Shown here: piece after piece, positions 20,206 through 32,400 of the stretch | How the letters are laid out: every line of letters begins with the position of its first letter | Position numbering within the stretch: position 1 is the stretch's first letter | NCBI GenBank assembly: GCA_964650355.1 | Contig: CAZYTL010000005.1 | Location: 23,209-87,208 of the forward strand | DNA length: 64,000 bases | Source: an uncultured Gammaproteobacteria bacterium | Lineage (GTDB): Bacteria > Patescibacteriota > Microgenomatia > CAYXHB01 > CAZYTL01 | Direction: 5' to 3' | Notes under the pieces: model-generated | The model's database searches: none | What the model saw: only the letters and a program-made list of their open reading frames with translations | Told to the model about the DNA's origin: nothing | Translations under genes and position numbers: made by a program

Positions 20206-23049
20206 TTACAAGTTACTGATTACCTTTCCCCAATCCCAACTATTCACCTTCCCGTCTCCGTTCTGATCTCCCAGACTAGCCAGCCAATTCCTTAGCAATA
20301 ACTTAGCCATTGCCCCGAAATTTATTCCGGCTTTCTCGCCATTAAACGTCATTCCTCCCCAACCCACCGGTCCGTTCATATCTCCTCCGTCACTGTTTGA
20401 CCACGCCGCCGTATATCTTACTCCCGCCCCGTCGCGGTCATCTAGCACTATCTCTAACCCCCAATTGTCTCCGGCCTGAGGCGCAGAAATTCCCATTTCC
20501 GCCCATGGAATCCTCATCTCCATCTCATACCCCTCATCCACATCACTGTTGTCATTTACTGTTCCCTTCACCACCACCGCTGACTCAAAAGCTATGTTGC
20601 TCAAACTCGTTCCTTGTTCAGTTCTCTGCTTATTTAATACATTGACTAAAAATTTAAAATCATTATTGTCTCTTGTCGTTCCTCCTTGTTCGCCCACGTC
20701 TAACATTAACTCCAGACTGTCATCCTCCCACAACCTCCCCCCGTTATCTGCAATGGCATTTAAGTTTTGGTCGTTAACATCCACACCTACATATAAAGCA
20801 CCATTGTCCCACAGCAACCAATAACTCCCGTTACTCCCTGTCTCTGTTTGCGTTAATCGAATCTCATTAGCCCTCCCATACTCATCAATCTGTCCATCTA
20901 ATATTGGTTTAATACCGGTCGTCAATAAATCATATTGTTTCCCCTGCAATGGGGTCACTGTTGGCAACGAACCGCCTCCCGCCCCCTCACTCCACTTAAT
21001 CAGCCTCACATACTTGACTGTCACATCACCGCTCTCTGTCACAATCGCCAGATCTTGCCCGTTTGGTAAACCTCCGCCAAATGCGGCTTCATCCAACACC
21101 CACGTCACCGTCTTCCACTGGCCGCTATTGCTCCCGCTCACGCTCGCTGTACTCAATATCCCCAGATTTCCTCCGTCATATTGCACATGCCATCGCCCGC
21201 TATTGTTGTCCTTATACGTCACCTTTAACAATACCAGCCCCGGTTGATTATTAATGAACCTATCCTCCACCGCAAAATCCATCCGATTATTTCCGTTCAC
21301 CCGATCCGTCCGTCGCGCTACTAAATTATAAGCATCCCCGCTTCCCCATGGAGGATTTCTTAAAGTGTCCCGTCCCGGATCAGGGCGGTAAACTTTTTCC
21401 ACCGCCACTGTTCGGGCATTCGGCAAATCCCTTTGATACAGATACTTTTCAAAATTCTTCATCGCCAGATCTCTGGGTTGTCCATCCAGGACATCTCGTT
21501 TATAACCCTCATTTAAAAACACCCACGCGTCCCGGCTGGTATCCACAGTCTTTCCCATCGACTTCTGCACATAATCTGAAAAGGGAGGATTCAAATCATA
21601 ATTGTAACTGGTTATATATAAAAATCTGTCATGCTGCGTCATTGCCCTAAAATTCGACATCAACCATCCGTGTTTTCTTTCCGCTACAGTAGTACCCCAA
21701 AGAGAATAATTTTCATTCTCGTCTCCCCTGGCTCGCCTCTGGTTGATCACCGGAAAATTTAAATCCGTTTGAAAATAAGTTTCATAAAGTGGTGATGTCG
21801 TACCATATGGATCATGAACCAGCTTCTGGCCTGTCGAACCCGCATAATCGATCCAAAAATAATACTTTTCTATAATCCCTTCCCTGAAAGATGCTCCCCG
21901 GTCCAAAACATGCTGCACAATTGCCGCACTGGCTGTTGGATAGCCTAACGAACCCTCTTTGCCTACCCACATCAACTTGTATTCCACTCCGCTAAACGCA
22001 TCAGCCCAGGCGTCAATCCTTTTAATCGCCCAATTTCTATATACATCAGATGACAAACCAAACACATTAATCGCAGTTTGCTTGTCATCAGCTGTCAACC
22101 CCAACTCTTCTCCCCGACTGTAACTGATTCCGTGAATATAAGCAAACACCACCAGCGGGTCTTGAGGAATTCCGCTCGCACCCAAAGCCTTCACGAATTT
22201 CAAATATTCCTTCTCCACTCCCGGATCCCGGGGGGAGACATAAGTCACATCAAAACTACTGTTCGTACCTTTAAATGTAGCTATCGGCGGATTGTACTTT
22301 TGTATCACCCAGTCTGGCACTTTATCTATTTCACCACTCATTATTCTCAATCCCAAAGGATAATTCCCTTGCAAACCTCGCAAATAATCAATTTTATTCC
22401 AAAGCAAATCAAATCGATAAACCCCGTCCTCCGGATTAAGTACCTTCCAGCTAAATGCCGAATCCCCCGCCGCCGATACTGGAATCTTCTCATTAGGATA
22501 CTCAGAATTAAAATTCGCCCCGAATCTGAAAAAACCACTATCCGCATCCCTCCTTACCCCCGGCGGTAAATACCAGTCATTATCCGTATTCACAGTCTTC
22601 ATCACCGCATTATTTCCCCTCATAATCAGCAATCCGTAATCGTTAACCTGATTCTGCGGCGCAAAAACCCGCAACAAATAATCTCCCGTTCCTAAATTAT
22701 CCAGTCTTAAATACTCGTTATCCGTTGTCGACTTTGACTCCCCAATCTTGATCATGTCACTTCGGTATAATTCCATATCCAAATTCCCGTCGCCATTGCT
22801 AAACGCCATTCCTACCATCAGCGTTCCCGATTGATTCCAACTGATCCGATACCAATCCTCATCTCTCCACGCCAACTGCTCATACAATCCCGGTGAAATC
22901 GACTTAGCCGTTGCTGCCGTATCATTCTCCTCAAAACTATCGTCCCCGCTTTGGGCAATAACCTTTCCCGTCCTCATTACTGACATCCCTGCAACCATCA
23001 TCCCCACCCCTAAAACCATCATTAACAAACTCAACCATCTTCTCCTCAT
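20206..23049 (-). CDS. Large secreted multidomain protein: PPC/collagen-binding-like N-domain, unknown (possibly glycoside-hydrolase-like) core, CBM9-like module, dockerin-like tail.
   Basis: 947 aa. The N-domain is DDSFEENDTAATA...DEDWYRISW. The CBM9-like block is LWEDDSLELMLDVGEQ...GLEIVLDDRDG. The tail is LLLRNWLASLGDQNGDGKVNSWDWGKVISNL. Confidence 0.7.
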   Translation of the reverse strand: MRRRWLSLLMMVLGVGMMVAGMSVMRTGKVIAQSGDDSFEENDTAATAKSISPGLYEQLAWRDEDWYRISWNQSGTLMVGMAFSNGDGNLDMELYRSDMIKIGESKSTTDNEYLRLDNLGTGDYLLRVFAPQNQVNDYGLLIMRGNNAVMKTVNTDNDWYLPPGVRRDADSGFFRFGANFNSEYPNEKIPVSAAGDSAFSWKVLNPEDGVYRFDLLWNKIDYLRGLQGNYPLGLRIMSGEIDKVPDWVIQKYNPPIATFKGTNSSFDVTYVSPRDPGVEKEYLKFVKALGASGIPQDPLVVFAYIHGISYSRGEELGLTADDKQTAINVFGLSSDVYRNWAIKRIDAWADAFSGVEYKLMWVGKEGSLGYPTASAAIVQHVLDRGASFREGIIEKYYFWIDYAGSTGQKLVHDPYGTTSPLYETYFQTDLNFPVINQRRARGDENENYSLWGTTVAERKHGWLMSNFRAMTQHDRFLYITSYNYDLNPPFSDYVQKSMGKTVDTSRDAWVFLNEGYKRDVLDGQPRDLAMKNFEKYLYQRDLPNARTVAVEKVYRPDPGRDTLRNPPWGSGDAYNLVARRTDRVNGNNRMDFAVEDRFINNQPGLVLLKVTYKDNNSGRWHVQYDGGNLGILSTASVSGSNSGQWKTVTWVLDEAAFGGGLPNGQDLAIVTESGDVTVKYVRLIKWSEGAGGGSLPTVTPLQGKQYDLLTTGIKPILDGQIDEYGRANEIRLTQTETGSNGSYWLLWDNGALYVGVDVNDQNLNAIADNGGRLWEDDSLELMLDVGEQGGTTRDNNDFKFLVNVLNKQRTEQGTSLSNIAFESAVVVKGTVNDNSDVDEGYEMEMRIPWAEMGISAPQAGDNWGLEIVLDDRDGAGVRYTAAWSNSDGGDMNGPVGWGGMTFNGEKAGINFGAMAKLLLRNWLASLGDQNGDGKVNSWDWGKVISNL

Positions 23050-23102
23050 ATATCCACTCTATCACGCAAGATTTCCTTCCGTATACCGAATTTGGAAACC
23101 CT

Positions 23103-25175
23103 CTATCTCTCCGCCCACCCCACCCCATTCACGAACTGTCCGTCATTATGATTGCTCGTCGCATCATGTGTCAGTACCCCGCTGCCTTCATTAAACTTCC
23201 AGTATCCTACCAGACCTGAAGAATTAACATCCACTTCACTGTTCATATTCCCCTCGATCTCCACTTCACTTCTAGCTACATCCCAGATCCTCACCTCATC
23301 AATCTGCCCATCTGTATACTCTGTACTCAACCTCCCTATCATTAATGGATTACTATCCTGATTAATCGTGTCACTCCCCACGTTCGCCCGACCTTCCTCT
23401 ACCCCGTTAATGTATAGTATCTCATTACTCCCGTCATACACACACGCCATATGATACCATCTCCCCATCTCCACCGCAGTGTACCAACTCACCCTTTGGT
23501 TGCCTGTATTAACATAATTTAAATAACAACTAAATCCCTGCCCTGTAGCGTTATTCCCCATTACCCATATCCTCATCTGGTTAAACGCCGTGCTCAACAC
23601 ATTATTGTTTCTGGTTAAATCATTCGCTCTCACCCACCCCTCAATAGTGATCTGATTAACCGGTTTGTAATCCACTGAGTGTGGCACTTCCACATAATCA
23701 TTCACTCCGTCAAAACTTAAACTGTAATTCGTAGCCATCCCCGCTCTCGCTGTCCAGTCCAAACTATTAACCTTTCCATCCCCAACCAAATCCAGTCCGG
23801 CTAAATTCCCTAACCAATTTACCAGCCACTCCTCCAACGTATACACTGGGGTCGGTGTCGGAGATAGCATTACCCCATATTCATAAGCCCCGATATCCGG
23901 AGCCATACCTTGGGGTACCTGGTGTTCGTCAAAATCTAAATCATATCCCAGATTCATCCCCGCATCTATCGCCGGGCTCCCATCTAGTAGATGAAAATTC
24001 TTATTCACTACATCTACAAATTTGGGGTCAACGACCCGCTCATTTCCGGATAAACCGAATCCCACTACCGTCTTCGGATTCATCAAATAAAAAATATTAT
24101 AGTCATGGGTAATCGGGCCATTCGCTTCATTGTAAATATTCCAAAAATCATTTAAGTAAAAAATATTGTTATACAGAGTCAGTATACTTGCATCCGTATG
24201 AGAAGAAATCCCGATATAACCGCTCGTTAAATTTTCGCTGCCATCAAGTTTGAAATAATCCTTGTTTTCCACCATCGTATTATTATAGAATTTAAAATTT
24301 TTCGCCTGGATTGCAAACGTCCCGCTTAAATGAATCGTTACCAACCTCCGGTAATCGTTTACTGACACATCGTAATAAAATTCATTATTTTCAACTTTAT
24401 AATTATTAACTCCACCCACTTCCAAAAATCCCTGGTTTTCTTGGCTCCAATTATGATGAACTAAATTATTACTCACATCACGTTCTCCGGCATAGATCTC
24501 AAAGGCTCTACCGTCATATCCATAATCATAACTAGCAGCTCGGCATCTCAACATCCGATTATTAGCGATTTCATTAAACGAACCATTTAAATTAAATGCT
24601 GTGGCTCCATAATCATCATCCCCTCCGATAGTATTATTAATCATATGTAAATCATGAATGTAACTATTGGTCACTAAATTATGTTGGCCATCGATCCTCA
24701 CCCCCGCACCTACTTTAGTAACTTCCAAATTGCGTATAGAATTATTATTCCCCGTCGATTGCACCCATACCCCGAATCGGAAAGTATCATCCAACTTCAG
24801 ATTCTCCACCACCACATAACTCCCCAATACTCGGATCAAATCCGTACCACTCGCATTAGTTAGTAACGGTACATTCCCAGTTCCGTAATCACTAAACACG
24901 ATCGGATTTCCATTCACTCCCGAATTATTAATTTTCAGCATCCCTGTCCAGCTACCTCCTCTCTTAAACATCACCTTGTCTCCAGGTTGTAAATTTGTAT
25001 TATTTACTTTAGTTAATGTCTTCCAGGGCTGGTTCACCGTCGTACCCGAATTACTATCCGACCCGCTCACATTATCTACATAATAATCCGCCGCCCAGAC
25101 CGGCTTAATTACCACCATCAGACTTATTCCTATCCCTATCAACAATCCGACTAATGAAGCCAATCTTCTCCCCAT
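23103..25175 (-). CDS. Secreted beta-helix protein with internal dockerin-like module followed by C-terminal LamG domain.
   Basis: 690 aa. The N-terminus AADYYVDNVSGSDSNSGTTVNQPWKTL is followed by helix rungs. Then come LEEWLVNWLGNLAGLDLVGDGKVNSLDW and the LamG block SLSFDGVNDYVEVPHS...VGYWKFNEGSG. Confidence 0.75.
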   Translation of the reverse strand: MGRRLASLVGLLIGIGISLMVVIKPVWAADYYVDNVSGSDSNSGTTVNQPWKTLTKVNNTNLQPGDKVMFKRGGSWTGMLKINNSGVNGNPIVFSDYGTGNVPLLTNASGTDLIRVLGSYVVVENLKLDDTFRFGVWVQSTGNNNSIRNLEVTKVGAGVRIDGQHNLVTNSYIHDLHMINNTIGGDDDYGATAFNLNGSFNEIANNRMLRCRAASYDYGYDGRAFEIYAGERDVSNNLVHHNWSQENQGFLEVGGVNNYKVENNEFYYDVSVNDYRRLVTIHLSGTFAIQAKNFKFYNNTMVENKDYFKLDGSENLTSGYIGISSHTDASILTLYNNIFYLNDFWNIYNEANGPITHDYNIFYLMNPKTVVGFGLSGNERVVDPKFVDVVNKNFHLLDGSPAIDAGMNLGYDLDFDEHQVPQGMAPDIGAYEYGVMLSPTPTPVYTLEEWLVNWLGNLAGLDLVGDGKVNSLDWTARAGMATNYSLSFDGVNDYVEVPHSVDYKPVNQITIEGWVRANDLTRNNNVLSTAFNQMRIWVMGNNATGQGFSCYLNYVNTGNQRVSWYTAVEMGRWYHMACVYDGSNEILYINGVEEGRANVGSDTINQDSNPLMIGRLSTEYTDGQIDEVRIWDVARSEVEIEGNMNSEVDVNSSGLVGYWKFNEGSGVLTHDATSNHNDGQFVNGVGWAER

Positions 25176-25235
25176 CTTCTCACTCTACCACAGAGATCAC
25201 GTGATCCATATCACGTAGCACATAGCATGGAGCAG
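25176..25235 (-). promoter_or_regulatory. Family promoter with a perfect GATCACGTGATC palindrome plus an ATCACGTAGC site.
   Basis: cat|cttctcactctaccacagagatcacgtgatccatatcacgtagcac. Confidence 0.55.
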
Positions 25236-25330
25236 GAAACATGAAAGCATTAGAACCAATAAATCCGCATACAATTTTCATCCCTTATTCATGATTCCTA
25301 ATTCCTTATTACTAATTACAATTTTACCGA

Positions 25331-27568
25331 TTACAAGTTACTGATTACCTTTCCCCAATCCCAACTATTTACCTTCCCGTCCCCATTCTGATCCCCCAGA
25401 CCAGTCAACCAATTCTTCAATAACAACCTCGCCATTCCCATCCAGTTAACCCCGGCTGATTCCTTACTAAACTCTATATCTCCCCATCCGTCAGGATCGT
25501 TCAATATTCCCCCATTGCTATTCGACCAGGTCACCGTATGCCGAACGCTGCTTGCATCCCGGTCATCCAAAACTAAGTCAAAACCCCAAACTTGTCCCGT
25601 TGTCGGAATAGGCACCCCTCCCAAATACGTCCAAGGGATTCGCATTTCCATCGTATAGCCATCATCAATATCCGTATTATTATTCACTGTCCCCATCACC
25701 TGAACAGCTGATTCGAACCCTCCCTGGGTAGGCCAGGTCAAATCCCAACTCTGACTCTCGCCCTGCACATTAAGCACATTCAGATAAAACTTATAATCAT
25801 CCGCCAACAGAGCCCCTCCGCCGTTATTGGCAGTATCCAACATCAATTCAATACTATCGTCATTCCAAATCTGTCCGTCACGGTCTGTCGTTACCGCGTT
25901 CAACTGCCCGTCAATCACCTGCGCTCCTAGATACAAACCTTCGCTATCCCAAAACAGCCAAAAATCGCCTTCTGTTCCTGTGTCCGGTTGCTTTAAATGA
26001 ATACTGGGAGAAGAGGAGTTTATCTCAGTTAAATTTCCATCCACCACAAACCTGAATGGCATTTGAGAAGCCACATATTTGCTCACCATTGGTCCTTCAA
26101 CCACGTATTCATACGCCCCGATGTCAGGATGACTGTCTCTCGGCTCCCCCACCAAATCAGTCGTCACCCCCAGTGGCGTACCCGCATCAATTACCGGACT
26201 TCCAAGCAAAGGGTGTAAATCAGCATCCAATTGGAAATCAGCCACTGCATATCGACTGCCTGTTCCCTGTAGCGTACTTAGTACGCTGCTTTGTGATTGG
26301 CTCCAAAAATTATAACTGGCAGTCCATGCTGATGAGGTCGTCCCCGTGCCTCCTGAAATCAAATTGTTTATCCATTTCGCATTCACCACCGTTCCGCTGG
26401 ATAAGTACCTGTCATTATCATAGAAAGTGTTATGAAACACCTGCAGATTTTCCACATCGCTCGTCTCTAAACCGATTCCTCCGTTCCCGCATCCTGACTG
26501 GTAAAAAATCTTCCCTCGCTTAAACACATTATTTTGAATCGTCACATCGTTCACCGCAGCGGTGCCGTTATGTTTGAACACTACCAAATGTTTGGTATTA
26601 TCATCAAAAATATTTCCGTCAATTATCACATTCCTGGCGCTATTATGAACTAAAATCCCTTCTCCGCACGACCCGCTGGCATCCTGGTCCGAAGTAGTCG
26701 GCCGAAATCCTGCAATATAGTTATTCTTGATTAACACCGGACCGGATAGATTGCCAAATCCTTTCACATCTACTCCGTTTTCCCCCACATTACCCAAAAC
26801 CCCGTGATATGGTCTTTCCACCCAAAACCTATTATTTTGAATCACTACCTTGCCGATTGCCGCTCCTGCCTTATAAGACCAGGCTCCCACCTGCACTCCG
26901 TCAGAACCGTTATTTTCAAATTGGCTGTTCAATATCTGAATATTATCTCCCTTATACATAATATCGATCGCGTTAAACTCTCGTCCTGTCTGCGAGAATG
27001 GCACTCCCGTACGGTTATCGTGAAAATAGCTATTCTGAATCAAAATCTGATTGGCATTCTTGATGAAAATTGGCGACCCCATTTGATTATTTCTAAACTC
27101 ACAATTATCAAACACAATATTCGCCGCCGTTACAGTCGCACTGTCCCCCAATCCCTGATCCAACCCCAACTTAAACGTCTGATCTACCTGATTGTCGAAA
27201 ACCAAATTTTCAAATCTCCACCAAGATACTCCATTCAAATAAATCACTTCCCCATTACTTAACACGGCAGTCTCATTCGGATAACCCTTCACTCTAATAG
27301 GTGACGAACTAGTTCCGCTTTTGCTTGCGTCCAGAGATATCGACTTATTCTTATACGTTCCCCCTCTTATCCATAAGGTATCTCCCGTGTGTAGATGGTT
27401 TATTCCATAACTAATCGTTTTCCAAGGACTCTGTATGCTTCCATTACTACCATCGTTTCCTGTCGTCGCCACATAATAATCAGCCGCGCGCACGGGTTTT
27501 GCCATCATCGAACTCAACCCCGCCGCCGCAACTAACCCGACGATTAAAACCAAACTTCTGCTACCCAT
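25331..27568 (-). CDS. Secreted beta-helix protein with CBM9-like module and dockerin-like tail.
   Basis: 745 aa. The N-terminus is AADYYVATTGNDGSNGSIQSPWKTI. The CBM9-like block is IWNDDSIELMLDTANNGG...GFDLVLDDRD. The tail is LLLKNWLTGLGDQNGDGKVNSWDWGKVISNL. Confidence 0.8.
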   Translation of the reverse strand: MGSRSLVLIVGLVAAAGLSSMMAKPVRAADYYVATTGNDGSNGSIQSPWKTISYGINHLHTGDTLWIRGGTYKNKSISLDASKSGTSSSPIRVKGYPNETAVLSNGEVIYLNGVSWWRFENLVFDNQVDQTFKLGLDQGLGDSATVTAANIVFDNCEFRNNQMGSPIFIKNANQILIQNSYFHDNRTGVPFSQTGREFNAIDIMYKGDNIQILNSQFENNGSDGVQVGAWSYKAGAAIGKVVIQNNRFWVERPYHGVLGNVGENGVDVKGFGNLSGPVLIKNNYIAGFRPTTSDQDASGSCGEGILVHNSARNVIIDGNIFDDNTKHLVVFKHNGTAAVNDVTIQNNVFKRGKIFYQSGCGNGGIGLETSDVENLQVFHNTFYDNDRYLSSGTVVNAKWINNLISGGTGTTSSAWTASYNFWSQSQSSVLSTLQGTGSRYAVADFQLDADLHPLLGSPVIDAGTPLGVTTDLVGEPRDSHPDIGAYEYVVEGPMVSKYVASQMPFRFVVDGNLTEINSSSPSIHLKQPDTGTEGDFWLFWDSEGLYLGAQVIDGQLNAVTTDRDGQIWNDDSIELMLDTANNGGGALLADDYKFYLNVLNVQGESQSWDLTWPTQGGFESAVQVMGTVNNNTDIDDGYTMEMRIPWTYLGGVPIPTTGQVWGFDLVLDDRDASSVRHTVTWSNSNGGILNDPDGWGDIEFSKESAGVNWMGMARLLLKNWLTGLGDQNGDGKVNSWDWGKVISNL

Positions 27569-27615
27569 ATCTTCACTCTATCACAACCTTAAGGTCATAT
27601 TCTTCACCCTCCTGA

Positions 27616-29316
27616 TCACTGATTACCTGTCTGCGCATTTATCTGCGAAGGTAGAGGCAAGTTTATGATTGTCGTCCAGTCCCAACTATTCACCTTCCCA
27701 TCCCCATTCCCGTCTCCGTTAGAACCCAACCAATTATTCATCAAATACTTCCACCCCGGCCCCTGATAAACCAGTCTCACTGCATCCGCCACCACATCTC
27801 GTCCGTTACTTGCTCGATCACTTACCTCTACCCACCCCTGATCCACAAAATAATGTCTCCCCAACAGATTCCATTGTCCTCCGTTTGCCTGCTGATTCAC
27901 TCTGACCGTTTCCGATCCGCCAGCATAATTAACCACATATGGCACATCAGTTGGCCTATAATCCTTAGCTAACCACCATCCATCCACGTCATATATTCCA
28001 GGCTTACCAACCGTAAAATCCCATCTGGCAGTATCTCCTCCGCCAATCAACACATTGTAATAATGCGACCCATTGTAATGCTGACTATCAACAGTACCCG
28101 TATCCGGATACCTTACCCATGCGTCTCCCCCTGAAGCAGTAAAATAACTAAAACCGGCATCCTCATTATCAATAATCACCTCATTCGGATTAGATGTGGG
28201 TGTTGGACTGACTTCAAATGGAGGCATCGATTCCCAATCAACTTCATTTCTGTTAACCACCCACGAATCATTTAGCAATTCTGAAGCATTTTGATTATCT
28301 ATAATCGCAACTTTAGCCCCGGTCCATGAATGCCAGTTCTGAAAATAAACTACCTTGGGATACTTGGTCTTAATTGAATTAATAATTGTAGCATTGTTCC
28401 AAGAACCGTCCAGGATGCTGGCCGGTCCCACCTCAGCTAATCCCAAGGGTTTACCCACTCCTGTTAATTGTTCATAACTGTCACTCCTTATAGTCTGACT
28501 ATCACTGTACAGATCTAAAGCCACAATATCTACATAATCATCTCCGGGATAAACCAATAACGGCGGATTCCAATAAGTATTCGCCACATCTGCCGCCGCA
28601 TAAACCCACAAAATATTATTCAGCCCCTTTTGATATGTAAAATAATCAAACATTTGTCTCCACATCTGTTTCCAGACTTCCGCTCCCTGTTCCGGATGGT
28701 CTTTCAACACCGCCCCCATATCCCACCAGAAACAGTTCATAAAATTCATCTCATGAAACGGCCGCCACAAAACCACCACTCCCGCCTGTTGCAAATCATT
28801 AAAATGTTTGGCTACCCGATCTAGTTCAGCCTTCCAAACTGGGTAAATTTGACTATTCTGATCCAGCAACTCTCCCAGATTCCGATTAGTTAAATCCCAA
28901 CTAGTGCCACCGGTCCAGGGGTTAGGAGCATGGTGGTCATAGGCCACCAATCCCCCGGCATTCCAATACTCAGTCACCCCCTGGGTAAAAGCCTCTACCT
29001 TAGATTCTGTGTTCCCCCAGTATTGCTGACCAATCGTCCCTCCTATCATCCCCACGTAATTACCTGTCAATTGATGGAGACTCTCAATATATAAATCATA
29101 ATCATTCGCAAATCCCTGTGCAGCCCGCAAATGCTGGCTTGATATCACTCGATTACCCCCACGATTCGGCAAATCATTTAAATAATTCAACACCTTCCTT
29201 GTCTGCAAATTAGCATTGGGATTAGCCGGTTCAATCGCCAGTACCGGCTTACTCACCCACAAAGCCACTCCTACCCCCACCACCATCATTCCTATCCATC
29301 TTAAGACTCTCCCCAT
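27616..29316 (-). CDS. Secreted GH26-family (beta-mannanase-like) glycoside hydrolase with beta-sandwich carbohydrate-binding-like module and dockerin-like tail.
   Basis: 566 aa. WRPFHEMNFMNCFWWDMG matches the GH26 catalytic-acid motif (W-R-x-x-H-E-x-N...WW). The CBD block is DTARWDFTVGKPGIYDVDGWW. The tail is WKYLMNNWLGSNGDGNGDGKVNSWDWTTIINL. Confidence 0.75.
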   Translation of the reverse strand: MGRVLRWIGMMVVGVGVALWVSKPVLAIEPANPNANLQTRKVLNYLNDLPNRGGNRVISSQHLRAAQGFANDYDLYIESLHQLTGNYVGMIGGTIGQQYWGNTESKVEAFTQGVTEYWNAGGLVAYDHHAPNPWTGGTSWDLTNRNLGELLDQNSQIYPVWKAELDRVAKHFNDLQQAGVVVLWRPFHEMNFMNCFWWDMGAVLKDHPEQGAEVWKQMWRQMFDYFTYQKGLNNILWVYAAADVANTYWNPPLLVYPGDDYVDIVALDLYSDSQTIRSDSYEQLTGVGKPLGLAEVGPASILDGSWNNATIINSIKTKYPKVVYFQNWHSWTGAKVAIIDNQNASELLNDSWVVNRNEVDWESMPPFEVSPTPTSNPNEVIIDNEDAGFSYFTASGGDAWVRYPDTGTVDSQHYNGSHYYNVLIGGGDTARWDFTVGKPGIYDVDGWWLAKDYRPTDVPYVVNYAGGSETVRVNQQANGGQWNLLGRHYFVDQGWVEVSDRASNGRDVVADAVRLVYQGPGWKYLMNNWLGSNGDGNGDGKVNSWDWTTIINLPLPSQINAQTGNQ

Positions 29317-29375
29317 ACCTCCACTCTACCACGAATCACGTAACCTCTATCACGTAGCAAATAAACAATGAAACC
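29317..29375 (-). promoter_or_regulatory. Family promoter with two ATCACGTARC sites.
   Basis: cat|acctccactctaccacgaatcacgtaacctctatcacgtagc. Confidence 0.55.
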
Positions 29376-29456
29376 CAGACTATCGATACTCTGCTATTAC
29401 TTTCCTCAGCCATCTTCTCACTATCACAACTGCTAACCACTACCTCCCACCAGTAA

Positions 29457-32400
29457 TCAAAACGGCCTGTCCGCCACCCACTCCACCCCGTTCGTCAACT
29501 GCCCGTCATTATGATTGCCCGTTGCATCATGTGCCAGTGTCTCGTTTCCTTCATTAAGCCTCCAATATCCTACCAGCTCTGAAGTATTAACATCCACCTC
29601 CCGGTTCATATTCCCCTCGATCTCCGCCTCGCTCCTGGCTACATCCCAGATCCTCACCTCATCGATCTCCCCATCTGTATATTCTGTACTCATCCTCCCT
29701 ATCATTAACGGATTACTATCTTGATTAATCGTGTCACTTCCCACAGTGATCTCACCCACCTTAACCCCGTCTACATATAACCTCTGATACTGTCCGTCAT
29801 ACACACACGCCAGATGATACCATCTACCTGTCTCCACTCCTGTGTACCAACTCACCCTTTGATTGCCTGTATTCACATAATTTAAATAGCAACTAAAACC
29901 CTGCCCGATAGAGTTATTCCCCATCATCCATATCCTCATCTGGTTAAACGCCGTGCTAGTCAAATTATTATTAGTGCTAAAACTATCCGCTTTAATCCAC
30001 CCCTCAATAGTGATCTGATTAACCGGTTTGTAATCCGTTGAGTGCGGCACTTCCACATAACCATCTACTCCATCAAAACGCAAAGCATAATTAGTAAAAC
30101 TCGAACCTCCCTCACGACTAACTTTGGTTGTCCAGTCCAGACTATTAATCTGTTCGTCATTTACCAAATCACCTGCAATCAAATTTCCAAACCAATTCGT
30201 TAAAAATTTAAGCCATGAAGGTATTGGCACAGGTGTAGGCGTAGGCGTCCCCGGTGGCGGTGTAGGAGTAGGAGTCAATGGAACTGCTCCTCCATACTCC
30301 AGTGCTCCAATATCATATGCATTACCTGATTTTGCTTGATCAACAATCGTTATTCCCAAAACCTGGGCCATATTTGCCATTAAAGTCTTCACCTCACTGG
30401 GTTCCATTCCACTATCAATCGCTTTACTCCCAGAAGCTAAAGACAGTTTCGCTTTAATTGATTGAATCGGACTAGTATCCAGGTTAGTAGCATCAACAAA
30501 CAACTTTTGCCCTTGATTTTCTACCCCATGAACTTCCCAGGGAGTTTGGTAGCAAATCGATTCTCCTCGATCATTAGCATCACACACTTTGGCATAAATA
30601 TAATCCTCTTTAGGGTATAAACCGCTATCTAAAAGTAAGTGCCCTGCCGGGTTTGCACTATTTGGTATTGGCGGTACTCCAATACTACTGTCCCGCTGAT
30701 AAAGATTATAATCCACTTTGGGATTATTCATATTAGCTGGGTTCGCTACAATTCCAAAATAATTATCGTCAATAATATTGTTACGAATCGTGAAGTTATC
30801 AAAAGTGCTGCTTTTGCCCCCGGCCAATATTCCGTTACGGGTAACCCCCATTCCCATAATAGTATTGTTATATACCTTTGCTTTACCGCTAGTCCCTATA
30901 TAACCATTATTAATAAAAATATTCCTATAAATAGTAATTCCGGTTGTCCGGTCTTGATTTAATCCCGAGCCGGAAAACCCTTGGAAAAACCCCACGCCGT
31001 TATAATTAGGGCCGTTAGTGCTAGTAGTGCGCCAAAATGCATTGGCAGAAGCATAACTCCAGCCTCTGTTATTCCGGATCACATTACCCATTACCAACAC
31101 TTTGGTATAAGGCACATCTTTAGAATATATCCCGAACCCACTACCCTCAGAATGATTCAATCCGCATCTCTCCAAATAATTATCTTTTACTAAAATATAC
31201 TCCCCCAAACTCTCAGTGACCGCAATACACTTATGAGCCACATCATGAATATAATTATCTTTTATAATTAATTTATAAGCATTAGAAAAATATAAACCAT
31301 AGTCGCGATTCACTGGTTTAAAACCGATATGGTGGATCTGGTTGTTAACTATCTGCATCATCGGAAAACCACTCGTAGTCATCCCTTCCAAACTGTAGGG
31401 GTAGGTGACTAATGCATTGCCTTCGATATCATATATTTCCGAGTTAACTATCTGGGTATCTTTCGATAACAAACCATCTTTAACTTTCGGCCGTCTTAAG
31501 GTAATCCCCTTGCCACTATGAGCGATTTTTATATGATCAAATTTAACGTGTTCCCCCTGCTGGGAATAATGAAAGCCCACCAACGCGCCTTCCGGGTTTT
31601 GAATATCGCCCTCATTATTAAGCAAATTATTCACGAACATGATATCCAGACCCTTAAATACCAAGTTCGATTGTTCAGAAAAATCAAGTCCGATCCCCCG
31701 CGTGGCGATTTCTATGTTTAAATTTGCCGGACTAACTTGTGTCCTAGTTTTGATATACAGTCGATTTTGGTTAATGTACCATTCCATCTCCCGATCCAAA
31801 AACGCCGGGTTACCTTCCAAATAATATTTAGTGAACGCCCCAATCCCTGGTATACCTGATAAATAATCAAAATCAGCCCGGTCACTCCAGCCGATCTTAC
31901 CAGAACTTTTGTCAAAACTGCTGATCTGCCGCCGAAATATATAAAATGCCGACCGGGTATCCATCATATATGCCACCGCCCCGACCAAATCCGCATACTT
32001 ACGTAAATCCAAACCATCCCCACCCGTGTTTTGATCAGTTAAATTATACAAAGAAGAATTAGCCGTCATTTTGGGCGACATGCAAGCTAATAGATCTGAA
32101 GCTGGACTACTGGGGCACCCACTTCTTGCTTGGTTATCATTCCATACACTATTACCACCATCTGCTGTCGCCCAATTTTCATGATATTTCCAGTAAGTTT
32201 CTACTGTGAAGTCCGGCTCATGAGCTTTTGGGTATTTAACTATTCCGTCCCCGATTTCCTGAAAAAAGGTTATTTCCGGGTATTTCGGCCAACCATTAAA
32301 CGCAGACCCAGGTACCTGCAACTCATATATCAATTCTGGTTTTGCTGGCAATTGAGAAATATCAGCTGAGTATACGCCATTGCCTTCAGAACGCCAGGAA